A stretch of 56,143 nucleotides of DNA from Alphaproteobacteria bacterium (lineage in GTDB: Bacteria; Pseudomonadota; Alphaproteobacteria; UBA9219): the NCBI GenBank assembly GCA_049697595.1, contig JBAVWC010000438.1, positions 1-56,143 on the forward strand, given 5' to 3'. Every line of letters starts with the position of its first letter. The first letter of the stretch is position 1. Of this stretch, positions 16,969 to 23,968 are shown in pieces. The position numbers and the translations under genes are program-made. The notes beneath the pieces were generated by a model. The model did no database searches. It had not been told where the DNA came from and saw only the letters and a list, made by a program, of their open reading frames with translations.

Positions 16969-17459
16969 ACTACAACGAAATAGATACCGGCATATCTCAA
17001 ATCGCCATCGACATGGATAAGACGTGTCCTGAATGTGGTGAGAAGGGTGTTACCGGAAACGGCGTATGTCTTTCGTGCATGGTGAAGATTGTTAAAAATG
17101 AACGCATGAAAACAACCGAAGGCATGAAGGCACAGTTAAGAGTATTGGAAATTCAGGAAAACACGAGGAACAAAATGAGAGCAGCAATGGGACATAATAG
17201 CGATAAAGCCGATCCAGAAGAAACCGGCGGCATCTCCGGCGAACGTCTCATGTCGTTTGTCAAGCGCATCGAAAGTTTGAACGCCGACAAGGAAGCTATC
17301 TGTGATGACCTGAAAGAAGTATTTGCGGAATCCAAAGCCGTAGGATTTGAGAACAAAATCATTCGCCAAGTCGTGAAACTGCGGAAACTCGACGTTGAAA
17401 AACGCCGCGAGAACGAGGAACTCCTATCTCTGTATATGTCAGCTATTGGTATGGAATAA
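16965..17459 (+). CDS. gapR: zinc-ribbon / GapR (DUF2312) fusion protein
   Basis: 164-aa ORF. The N-terminus has CPECG...CLSC. The C-terminal GERLMSFVKRIESLNADKEAICDDLKEVFAESKAVGFENKIIRQVVKLRKLDVEKRRENEELLSLYMSAIG aligns along its length with Caulobacter GapR. Confidence 0.82.
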   Translation: MNYNEIDTGISQIAIDMDKTCPECGEKGVTGNGVCLSCMVKIVKNERMKTTEGMKAQLRVLEIQENTRNKMRAAMGHNSDKADPEETGGISGERLMSFVKRIESLNADKEAICDDLKEVFAESKAVGFENKIIRQVVKLRKLDVEKRRENEELLSLYMSAIGME

Positions 17460-17464
17460 TCAGA

Positions 17465-17527
17465 ATCCGCTCTGAGTAGAGCGCGGATACACAGGGCGGC
17501 AGATGCAATGTTTGTCGCCCTGTTTTA
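17465..17527 (+). terminator. candidate terminator (two hairpins, second followed by TTTTA)
   Basis: Hairpin 1 pairs ATCCGCTCT with AGAGCG(C)GGAT (17465-17488). Hairpin 2 pairs CAGGGCG (17492-17498) with CGCCCTG (17516-17522) and is followed by TTTTA. Confidence 0.4.
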
Positions 17528-17550
17528 CGCCCCACCAGGAACACCACCGA

Positions 17551-17991
17551 ATGCGCCACTCAAAATACTCCCCCTCCACCATCCTCCAAATCCGCAAAAA
17601 GGCTCTAACCATGACAGCCCAACAGCTTGCATTTGAATTTGGCGTATCGAAAAACGCGATCATCGGGTTATGCCATCGTGAGAAAATACCGTTGACGGCG
17701 TTTTCCAAACAGCATCCTTGGAGCATGGCGAAAGAGAAAAAGAAACCCGTGGCGTTGCGGAAGGCCATTGTGCTGCATGAGGGTAATATCAAGAATATGG
17801 ATTGCAAGCCGCTGCCGCCACAACACGGCGAGGCTGGCGGGGTGTGGGCTTCGGGAGGATGCCTAGAAGTCATAGGGAGTAGCCGTGGCAGCAATATTAT
17901 GGGCTGCTGTCGCCCTACTGTTGGCGATGGGACGTATTGCGCCGATCATGAGAGGGATAATCGGCCTAATTCGAGGGTGGTGAGGAAGTGA
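17551..17991 (+). CDS. gcrA: GcrA-like cell-cycle regulator
   Basis: ORF 17503..17991 trimmed to the ATG at 17551. ILQIRKKALTMTAQQLAFEFGVSKNAIIGLCHREKIP matches the GcrA N-terminal DNA-binding domain. The C-terminal CCRPTVGDGTYCADHE matches the GcrA C-terminal Cys motif. Confidence 0.78.
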   Translation: MRHSKYSPSTILQIRKKALTMTAQQLAFEFGVSKNAIIGLCHREKIPLTAFSKQHPWSMAKEKKKPVALRKAIVLHEGNIKNMDCKPLPPQHGEAGGVWASGGCLEVIGSSRGSNIMGCCRPTVGDGTYCADHERDNRPNSRVVRK

Positions 17992-18557
17992 TGATGCCTT
18001 GTAATGTGGTGCAATTTCCTGTGACACAACCAGAAGAAACGCGAGATGAGACTATCTGTCGCTTGTGGCGTGAGGGAATGTCATCAACAAAAATTGCCGC
18101 CAGTTTATCTATTTCTAGGGGCGTTGTGTCCGGCGTTATATGGCGCAACAAATTGACAAAGAACCCAGGAAGCCAGACACGAAAACAAGAAGTACAATCA
18201 GTGTCTTTGCAGGAAGCACCCGTTGAAGCATGGCAACAGGCTGTCTTGCCGAAACTTAGGAAAGAGGCAAAAGAATTGGGCTTCAAGAACGATGATGCTT
18301 ATATTTCTTTAATTCTTATCCTGCTTAAAGAACGCGCTGGTTGCGATTGGCTTCATCATGTCACTGGAATTGATATGGAGAAAATCAAAAAGTTTTCGGA
18401 TCGCGTTAGTAGGGCGGGAATAATATGGGAGAACGGCAAGCCGAATGTTGAGATAAATACTGATATCGACATGATTTTATGGAGTGGATTGCTTGATGGA
18501 ACGTTTTACCGTACGAGGGATGATAAGTGGGGAGCTGGGGATATTTTGGAACAGTAA
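17991..18557 (+). CDS. second GcrA-N-domain-like protein
   Basis: ORF track, start taken at the ATG at 17991 (TGATG overlap). ICRLWREGMSSTKIAASLSISRGVVSGVIWRNKL matches only the GcrA N-terminal domain. The C-terminal part is unrelated. Confidence 0.62.
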   Translation: MMPCNVVQFPVTQPEETRDETICRLWREGMSSTKIAASLSISRGVVSGVIWRNKLTKNPGSQTRKQEVQSVSLQEAPVEAWQQAVLPKLRKEAKELGFKNDDAYISLILILLKERAGCDWLHHVTGIDMEKIKKFSDRVSRAGIIWENGKPNVEINTDIDMILWSGLLDGTFYRTRDDKWGAGDILEQ

Positions 18558-18576
18558 AAATAGCAATAAAATTATG

Positions 18577-18605
18577 TTGACTATCTGGAAATAATTACCT
18601 AGGAT
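18577..18605 (+). promoter_or_regulatory. sigma70-type promoter
   Basis: TTGACT (18577-18582), a 17-nt spacer, then TAGGAT (18600-18605). SD GAGGT precedes the ATG at 18632. Confidence 0.55.
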
Positions 18606-18631
18606 ACTATTTCCGAACAACCGAGGTTAAA

Positions 18632-18814
18632 ATGTCCATCGCACAGCTAAAAAAAGAAGGCACCCGTATATGGGGCAAGAACTGGCAAACGCCAATGGCG
18701 CAGTTTCTTGATGTCACGGATAGAACGGTAAGGAACTGGGTTTCGGGCAAGTCGCCGGTTAAGGAATCCGTCATTCTCGCGCTTTCAACTCTTAAATATC
18801 CGAGGGGAAAATGA
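18632..18814 (+). CDS. Cro/HTH-like small regulator (60 aa)
   Basis: ORF track. MAQFLDVTDRTVRNWVSGKSP has an HTH pattern. It is the first gene after the promoter. Confidence 0.65.
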   Translation: MSIAQLKKEGTRIWGKNWQTPMAQFLDVTDRTVRNWVSGKSPVKESVILALSTLKYPRGK

Positions 18815-19074
18815 ACATCTTCCAACGCCTAGACGCCGAGCGTCAACCAACCCCAGAATGGCGCACCGACCCCGACGATATTCAAGGCCGCTGGCGGGAA
18901 CGCTCGACTGGACGCATCCTGCAAATCATCAGGAACTCGCCGTTCTTCGACAACATCAAGGTCTGCGATATTACCGACTCGCTGGCTGGCACCGGGCCGA
19001 CGAAGGACGCGCCGAGTGAGAATAAGATGGGGTTTCGGATTAGGTTTGAACCTTATGTGGGGGGAATGGTATGA
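18811..19074 (+). CDS. hypothetical protein (87 aa)
   Basis: ORF track. ATGA coupling. Confidence 0.55.
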   Translation: MNIFQRLDAERQPTPEWRTDPDDIQGRWRERSTGRILQIIRNSPFFDNIKVCDITDSLAGTGPTKDAPSENKMGFRIRFEPYVGGMV

Positions 19075-19205
19075 TAACACAAACGACGAAATTGTATGAG
19101 TTCCCTTTTAAAAACTTCCCGTTGATAAACGGGATGCTATTCGCGGCGTTCTGGCTATTTATCGGTACTTTAATCGGGAAGGCGCTTGTATGGCTAAATC
19201 AATAA
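19071..19205 (+). CDS. small membrane protein (44 aa)
   Basis: Hand translation: MITQTTKLYEFPFKNFPLINGMLFAAFWLFIGTLIGKALVWLNQ. ATGA overlap upstream. Confidence 0.4.
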   Translation: MITQTTKLYEFPFKNFPLINGMLFAAFWLFIGTLIGKALVWLNQ

Positions 19206-19396
19206 CCACGAAAACAAGAACAGTCCGGCACAAGAAGCGCGGCACGACTTATGAAGTCATCGGCTATGCCGAGTTGCAGATGGCGCATGATGTAGTCGAT
19301 GGAAGCTGCCTGATTATCTATCGCGGCGAAGATGGAAAACTATGGGCTAGAGAAGAAGGCGAGTTTGAAGATGGCCGTTTTGAGGATGTGACATGA
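19190..19396 (+). CDS. DUF1653-like protein (68 aa)
   Basis: ORF track. HKKRGTTYEVIGYAELQ...LIIYRGEDGKLWAREEGEFEDGRF resembles the DUF1653 pattern (from recall). Confidence 0.55.
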   Translation: MAKSITTKTRTVRHKKRGTTYEVIGYAELQMAHDVVDGSCLIIYRGEDGKLWAREEGEFEDGRFEDVT

Positions 19397-19650
19397 CTGA
19401 ATCACCAACCACGCCCGTAGCCGGAAATCCGGCCTCGGAACAAAAACAAACACTTACCACGAATGATGAAGATATTTGCGGACTGTGCGGGAAACCCGGC
19501 GCGGATAAGATGCCGCACCCATTACATTGGCCGGGTGAGCAGGAACCAGACACCGATCTTGTTCATGCAGAGTGTGAACAGGAAGAATGCGGACGCGCTC
19601 ACGCAGAACTATCAGATGAGCAACGTAGAAACTTTTTGAAGTGGTGCTGA
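19393..19650 (+). CDS. hypothetical Cys/His-containing protein (85 aa)
   Basis: ORF track. ATGA coupling. Confidence 0.55.
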   Translation: MTESPTTPVAGNPASEQKQTLTTNDEDICGLCGKPGADKMPHPLHWPGEQEPDTDLVHAECEQEECGRAHAELSDEQRRNFLKWC

Positions 19651-19677
19651 TATGACAACTGAAACCACGGTAAAAAC

Positions 19678-20427
19678 ATGACCGCATACTATAACGAATG
19701 GGAGCCATACCCAGCGCAATGGCTCCGCAACCTAATTAAAGCCGGATTGATCGCGCATGGCGATGTCGATGAACGCAGTATAAAGGATGTTAAAGCCGAT
19801 GACCTCAAAGGATATGCCCAATGCCACTTCTTCGCCGGGATCGGTGGATGGTCTTATGCTCTACGCCTTGCAGGATGGTCAGACGACAGCCCTGTTTGGA
19901 CAGGAAGCTGCCCATGTCAGCCCTACAGCATTGCCGGCAAAGAACTCGGACAAGAGGATGAACGCCATCTCTGGCCTTCCTATTGTGACCTCATCAAAGA
20001 GTGCAAGCCTTCAATCATCTTTGGAGAACAGGTTGTTGGAGCGATTAGTCATGGATGGCTCGACGATGTATGCGGCGACCTTGAAGGAGAAGGTTACGCC
20101 ACGGCGGCGGCGGTATTGCCAGCTTGTTGTGTCGGCGCAGAACATGAAAGAAAAAGGCTATGGTTCGTTGCCGACTCCGAACGCGAGGGACGGGAAAGAT
20201 TTGAGCACGACTACCGCGTATCTAGCAGCGCGAGGGAGGCATACGCCGAGTCTGGCCACCCATTTTTTATCGCTAGGCGTGCTGTGGCAAAAGATTTCTC
20301 ACATCTACGGCAGCGCGATGGGGTATCCGTCAGCGTGGAACGATCTTGCATCAAAGGATACGGCAACGCAATTGTCCCGCAAGTCGCGGCTCAATTCATA
20401 GAGGCTTTTATGGAGGTAAGACCATGA
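19678..20427 (+). CDS. DNA (cytosine-5) methyltransferase, frame-0 reading
   Basis: 249-aa ORF carrying motif I HFFAGIGG, IV SCPCQPYS, VI GEQV, VIII GAEHERKRLWFVA and X GYGNAIVPQVAAQFI. See the findings for the +1-frame anomaly between motifs VIII and X. Confidence 0.85.
   Translation: MTAYYNEWEPYPAQWLRNLIKAGLIAHGDVDERSIKDVKADDLKGYAQCHFFAGIGGWSYALRLAGWSDDSPVWTGSCPCQPYSIAGKELGQEDERHLWPSYCDLIKECKPSIIFGEQVVGAISHGWLDDVCGDLEGEGYATAAAVLPACCVGAEHERKRLWFVADSEREGRERFEHDYRVSSSAREAYAESGHPFFIARRAVAKDFSHLRQRDGVSVSVERSCIKGYGNAIVPQVAAQFIEAFMEVRP
19787..20401 (+). other. nested +1-frame ORF carrying the PTPxARDxK and MGYPxxW methyltransferase elements
   Basis: 204-codon open frame lying entirely inside the C5-MTase gene. 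LPTPNARDGKD is at 20168-20200 and MGYP at 20318-20329. Third-position-only differences from the paralog fall in this frame. Confidence 0.45.
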
Positions 20428-20744
20428 GCAAAGATTCACTAACGACGAAATGCGACATCGACAAAATCCGCGAGGGGCTGCTTTCTTTTCAGGAAGGTTC
20501 GGCTGCACCGGAGTATGAACAAGGCTTGCTTGATGCTTTAGATCGGCTTGTTGGCGATTTGGAGAGGCGGTCAAATGACGCTCTTGAGGAAGCAGCTAAC
20601 CATTTCGAGAACATAATGCATGGCGTCAATATCCCTGCTGAAATTCGTTCGCTGAAAAGGAGCAAGCTATGTCTGGTCAAACAAATAACCACGAAACCAG
20701 AAGTGCAAGAAGAACCGCTAATAACTAGGAGGAACGATGAATGA
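20424..20744 (+). CDS. hypothetical protein (106 aa)
   Basis: ORF 20346..20744 trimmed to the ATG at 20424 (ATGA overlap with the MTase stop). Confidence 0.55.
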   Translation: MSKDSLTTKCDIDKIREGLLSFQEGSAAPEYEQGLLDALDRLVGDLERRSNDALEEAANHFENIMHGVNIPAEIRSLKRSKLCLVKQITTKPEVQEEPLITRRNDE

Positions 20745-21288
20745 AGAAATAAAATACCCTGAGTTTGATAAGATTGCTCGCCTTTCCCGTGAATGCACAA
20801 TTACGGAAAAGATCGACGGCACGAATGGATTAATCCGTATCGAAGAAGATGGTGTGACCATGCGCTTCGGTTCCAGAACTCGATGGATAACCCCGGAGGA
20901 TGACAATTACGGCTTTGCCCAATGGTGTTGCAACAACCGCGATGACCTTCTGAAGCTAGGCCCCGGCGACCACTACGGCGAATGGTGGGGCAGCGGTATC
21001 CAAAAACGCTATGTCAATCAGCCAAAGCAGTTCTCGCTGTTCAACACGAAGCGTTGGAATGCGGATAACAAGCCCGCATGCTGTGAAATCGTTCCTATTC
21101 TCTATCAAGGCGTATTCAGCGGCGAAGCTATTGCTGAGACAATGGCGCATCTTGCAAAGGGTTCTGTCGCGTCACCTGGCTGCATGAGGCCGGAAGGCAT
21201 TATCGTGTGGCACACGGCGGCGCAGACCTATTTCAAAAAGACGTTCGACAAGGACGATGAATGGAAGGGAAAAGCTCATGCCGCTTAA
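20737..21288 (+). CDS. RNA ligase-family nucleotidyltransferase
   Basis: 183-aa ORF with motif I TEKIDGTN (KxDGxN), EGIIVW (motif IV-like) and FKKTFDKD (motif V-like K-x-K). This matches a small phage RNA-ligase domain. Confidence 0.75.
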   Translation: MNEEIKYPEFDKIARLSRECTITEKIDGTNGLIRIEEDGVTMRFGSRTRWITPEDDNYGFAQWCCNNRDDLLKLGPGDHYGEWWGSGIQKRYVNQPKQFSLFNTKRWNADNKPACCEIVPILYQGVFSGEAIAETMAHLAKGSVASPGCMRPEGIIVWHTAAQTYFKKTFDKDDEWKGKAHAA

Positions 21289-21460
21289 TACTAAAACGAC
21301 GAAATTGAAAAGCTGTCCTCTCTGCGGATGCCAAGAGGTTTGTGTAGAAACAAGTTTAGATAATGAAGACTATGTTGTCTGCCAAAACGAACATTGTGGT
21401 TGTTCATCAAACTTGGCTGCATGGCAAGGTTTTAAGAAGAACAGAAAGGATTCAGTATGA
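21278..21460 (+). CDS. Lar-family (restriction alleviation-like) zinc-ribbon protein
   Basis: ORF 21257..21460 trimmed to the ATG at 21278. LKSCPLCG...YVVCQNEHCGCSS...AAWQ matches the Lar-family pattern. Confidence 0.6.
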   Translation: MPLNTKTTKLKSCPLCGCQEVCVETSLDNEDYVVCQNEHCGCSSNLAAWQGFKKNRKDSV

Positions 21461-21639
21461 CAGTAACCACACCCTCGCCGGAAGCTGAAGCGCTTGTCCG
21501 CGACATTCTCTATGCGTCTGGGTCAAGTCTCGATTTCTTCAGCATGGAGAAAACGCGCAGCAAAATGTTTTCTGCTGCACAGGCTCATATTGATTTGTCA
21601 TACAAGCGCGGTCATGCTGCTTGCGACTGCGGGAGATAA
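21457..21639 (+). CDS. hypothetical protein (60 aa)
   Basis: ORF track. ATGA coupling. Confidence 0.5.
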   Translation: MTVTTPSPEAEALVRDILYASGSSLDFFSMEKTRSKMFSAAQAHIDLSYKRGHAACDCGR

Positions 21640-21640
21640 A

Positions 21641-21841
21641 ATGAAAAGCGTATATTTGTGTTCACCAACAAATAGCCAAATGTTCACTTCATGCTGTGAT
21701 GTGGCAATATGTGACTATCAATCTTTTTGTCCTCGATGCAAAGAGGAGGTTTACCCTGGAGAAAATATGACAAATCATGGTCGCCGTGTGTCTCGGTGGA
21801 CAGTGGCGTTCGGAAAACAAAGAAGGAGCAGTATGAAATGA
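21641..21841 (+). CDS. Cys-rich small protein (66 aa)
   Basis: ORF 21494..21841 trimmed to the ATG at 21641, 2 nt after the upstream stop. It carries CCDVAIC...CPRC. Confidence 0.5.
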   Translation: MKSVYLCSPTNSQMFTSCCDVAICDYQSFCPRCKEEVYPGENMTNHGRRVSRWTVAFGKQRRSSMK

Positions 21842-22197
21842 CCGCCTTTAACTTCCGTCCAATCTTTGTCCCCAAAATACTGTCCGGAGAGAAGCTATCC
21901 ACAATCCGCAGCACAAAGCGTTGCGAGGTCGGCGACACGATGCAGCTTTATACCGGACAGCGCACGAAGGCTTGCAGGAAGCTGATGGATGTTACTTGTA
22001 TTGGGGTTGCGCCGATCATCTTATCCGCAGCCGTTATGTGGCGGCTGGGCGAGATAACCGGCAATGTTCATCCGATGTCAGCCCTGTTGCTTCACGCGCA
22101 GGAAGGGTTTGCGAATATGAAAGAGATGCTCGACTTCTTCCGCGAAGAATACGGTTTGCCGTATCGCGGATTTATTCATGCTTGGAAACCGAGATGA
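21838..22197 (+). CDS. ASCH-domain protein
   Basis: ORF 21727..22197 trimmed to the ATG at 21838. FVPKILSGEKLSTIRSTKRCEVGDTMQLY fits the ASCH N-terminal signature. Confidence 0.65.
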   Translation: MTAFNFRPIFVPKILSGEKLSTIRSTKRCEVGDTMQLYTGQRTKACRKLMDVTCIGVAPIILSAAVMWRLGEITGNVHPMSALLLHAQEGFANMKEMLDFFREEYGLPYRGFIHAWKPR

Positions 22198-22391
22198 GCC
22201 GACTTGATAAAAAACCCAATCGCAAAGAGCGACAGCCAGAGCGTACGTGCGCGAAAAAGAAAGTTTATGCAACACCTTGGGATGCAGTCAAGGCTGCGGC
22301 TGTCTATTCGATGAACGGATTCAAGTGGCAATCGCCTTATGAATGCTCCGTCTGTCGCGGCATACATCTAACGAGCAGAGGAGAAAAATGA
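22194..22391 (+). CDS. hypothetical basic protein (65 aa)
   Basis: ORF 21921..22391 trimmed to the ATG at 22194 (ATGA overlap). Confidence 0.5.
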   Translation: MSRLDKKPNRKERQPERTCAKKKVYATPWDAVKAAAVYSMNGFKWQSPYECSVCRGIHLTSRGEK

Positions 22392-22522
22392 TGGAGAACC
22401 AGAAAACTGAAACCACCCACCACAAAGACGGACTTCCCCTCCGCGATTGCATCATCGGCTCTCTCGTGATCGTCGGTAGCTGGATCGCTTTATTCCTTGT
22501 CGCGGTGTTGACATGCCAATGA
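22388..22522 (+). CDS. small membrane protein (44 aa)
   Basis: Hand translation: MMENQKTETTHHKDGLPLRDCIIGSLVIVGSWIALFLVAVLTCQ. Overlaps both neighbours. Confidence 0.4.
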   Translation: MMENQKTETTHHKDGLPLRDCIIGSLVIVGSWIALFLVAVLTCQ

Positions 22523-22758
22523 AACTAAACTGCATTGTCTCCAATAGCATCCCATCTGGCACTAAATTCGTGGCATTAACCTATGATGGCAGCCATGCAG
22601 GGGTTTACATGATTGACAAAGCCGGACACCTGATAAATTATGAAGGCGAGGACATTGAGAGTTCGCCGGATTGCTACCTGACTGGCAGCGGGTTCGGGTA
22701 TTGGATTGAGTTGCCAAAGAGTTTCAAAATGTGGTTTGAACAGAGGAAACCGAGATGA
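22513..22758 (+). CDS. hypothetical protein (81 aa)
   Basis: ORF track. Confidence 0.55.
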   Translation: MPMKLNCIVSNSIPSGTKFVALTYDGSHAGVYMIDKAGHLINYEGEDIESSPDCYLTGSGFGYWIELPKSFKMWFEQRKPR

Positions 22759-23042
22759 CAGAATGGCAACCGATAGAGACTGCGCCGAAAGATGGAACTG
22801 CTATCCATGCTCGGCGAGAAGAAGAAGGTTTTTGCAAGAAGCCAAACTTAATAAAATGGTGTGACGGAAAATGGGTAAGCACTCTTCGGCCAGAGATCGA
22901 AGTTACCAACCAACCGACACATTGGGAGCATGTCGATTATCTGCGAGAGTCCGTCTTTGGCTGGTTTGAAGATTATGGCTACAAGCTCCCCGACGAAAGA
23001 GTTTTTGACAACTTAATCGAGAGGATAAGAAATGCCGCTTAA
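22755..23042 (+). CDS. DUF551-domain protein
   Basis: ORF track. MTEWQPIETAPKDGT is the characteristic DUF551 start. Confidence 0.68.
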   Translation: MTEWQPIETAPKDGTAIHARREEEGFCKKPNLIKWCDGKWVSTLRPEIEVTNQPTHWEHVDYLRESVFGWFEDYGYKLPDERVFDNLIERIRNAA

Positions 23043-23253
23043 TTCAATGCCCATAACCACCCTATCCCCACCCCTCCACGACCCCCTTCCCAAGCTCGTA
23101 CAGGCGATTCACGACATGAACCTACGCGCATTAGACCGATGCCTTGAAATCGCGTCCACGCCCCATCTAACGCGCAAATTGAGGGCATCGACGTGTTCGG
23201 GGCTGGCAGAGAGGATATTAACGGGATTAGGGGATGTGAGGGCGGTGTTATGA
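23032..23253 (+). CDS. hypothetical protein (73 aa)
   Basis: ORF track. Confidence 0.45.
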   Translation: MPLNSMPITTLSPPLHDPLPKLVQAIHDMNLRALDRCLEIASTPHLTRKLRASTCSGLAERILTGLGDVRAVL

Positions 23254-23359
23254 TCCAGCGAATCCTGAGCCTATTGTTCCCCTACCACCGACCATCGCTC
23301 ATTGGTTCTATTCTTGTCCACCAAGGAAGCGTTACGATTAACCCAACGAGGAGATAAGA

Positions 23360-23533
23360 ATGACGGCTCGGCATAAAGGAAAATTCTGCAAGATTCCAGA
23401 TGGATATATCAAGCGGTCGGAATGCCCATCTATGAAAACCCACTATCACCACTACGATCCATCGCCGTTCCATTATCATTGGGCGTGGATGTTGGTGACG
23501 TTTGCCCTTGGTGTTGTCGCTGGGTTGGTTTAG
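23360..23533 (+). CDS. small C-terminally membrane-anchored protein (57 aa)
   Basis: Hand translation: MTARHKGKFCKIPDGYIKRSECPSMKTHYHHYDPSPFHYHWAWMLVTFALGVVAGLV. SD GAGGAG lies upstream. Confidence 0.45.
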   Translation: MTARHKGKFCKIPDGYIKRSECPSMKTHYHHYDPSPFHYHWAWMLVTFALGVVAGLV

Positions 23534-23548
23534 GGAGTGGTTACTGAT

Positions 23549-23758
23549 TCAGACATGCGCCCTGCTCCTGAAATGTTCATCGTTGATGATGGCATTATCT
23601 GGGTCAAGAATTTTGACCAATTCAAACACCAAAGGCTCCGTATAATTGCCGCCTAATTGCATATTGATGGCATCACCAAGTTTGATGATAACGGACGCTC
23701 TTGTTTTCTTCGGAAGTTCACCCATGCGGAAAACTTCTATAAGTGAGTTCATGCTCAT
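23549..23758 (-). CDS. hypothetical protein (69 aa)
   Basis: ORF track. Last gene of the minus-strand methyltransferase operon. Confidence 0.5.
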   Translation of the reverse strand: MSMNSLIEVFRMGELPKKTRASVIIKLGDAINMQLGGNYTEPLVFELVKILDPDNAIINDEHFRSRAHV

Positions 23759-23779
23759 GATTGGCTCGTGGTTTGTGGA

Positions 23780-23968
23780 TTATCGGTCATGCTCTAGCTC
23801 CCATATTTTTCCTGATAACTGCTCGATGCAATCAGCCGCACTTTCCAGCAAACGAGCTTCGCCACTTCCGCTATCCAGTTTAAGCAAATGCGCCGCAAGG
23901 TTATTTAGCCCCTTGACAATATCTGCGTCAATTTTGGCTATTTTCGTCGTTACTGGTTTGTCGGTCAT
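23780..23968 (-). CDS. hypothetical protein (62 aa)
   Basis: ORF 23780..24058 trimmed to the ATG at 23966-23968 (ATGA overlap with the upstream MTase stop). Confidence 0.5.
   Translation of the reverse strand: MTDKPVTTKIAKIDADIVKGLNNLAAHLLKLDSGSGEARLLESAADCIEQLSGKIWELEHDR

Noticed and set aside
17460-17894. 144-aa minus-strand ORF
   Set aside because: It is antisense to the GcrA-like gene, whose homology is clear. The N-terminal extension of the track ORF 17503..17991 was also rejected because it runs through the terminator-like hairpins.
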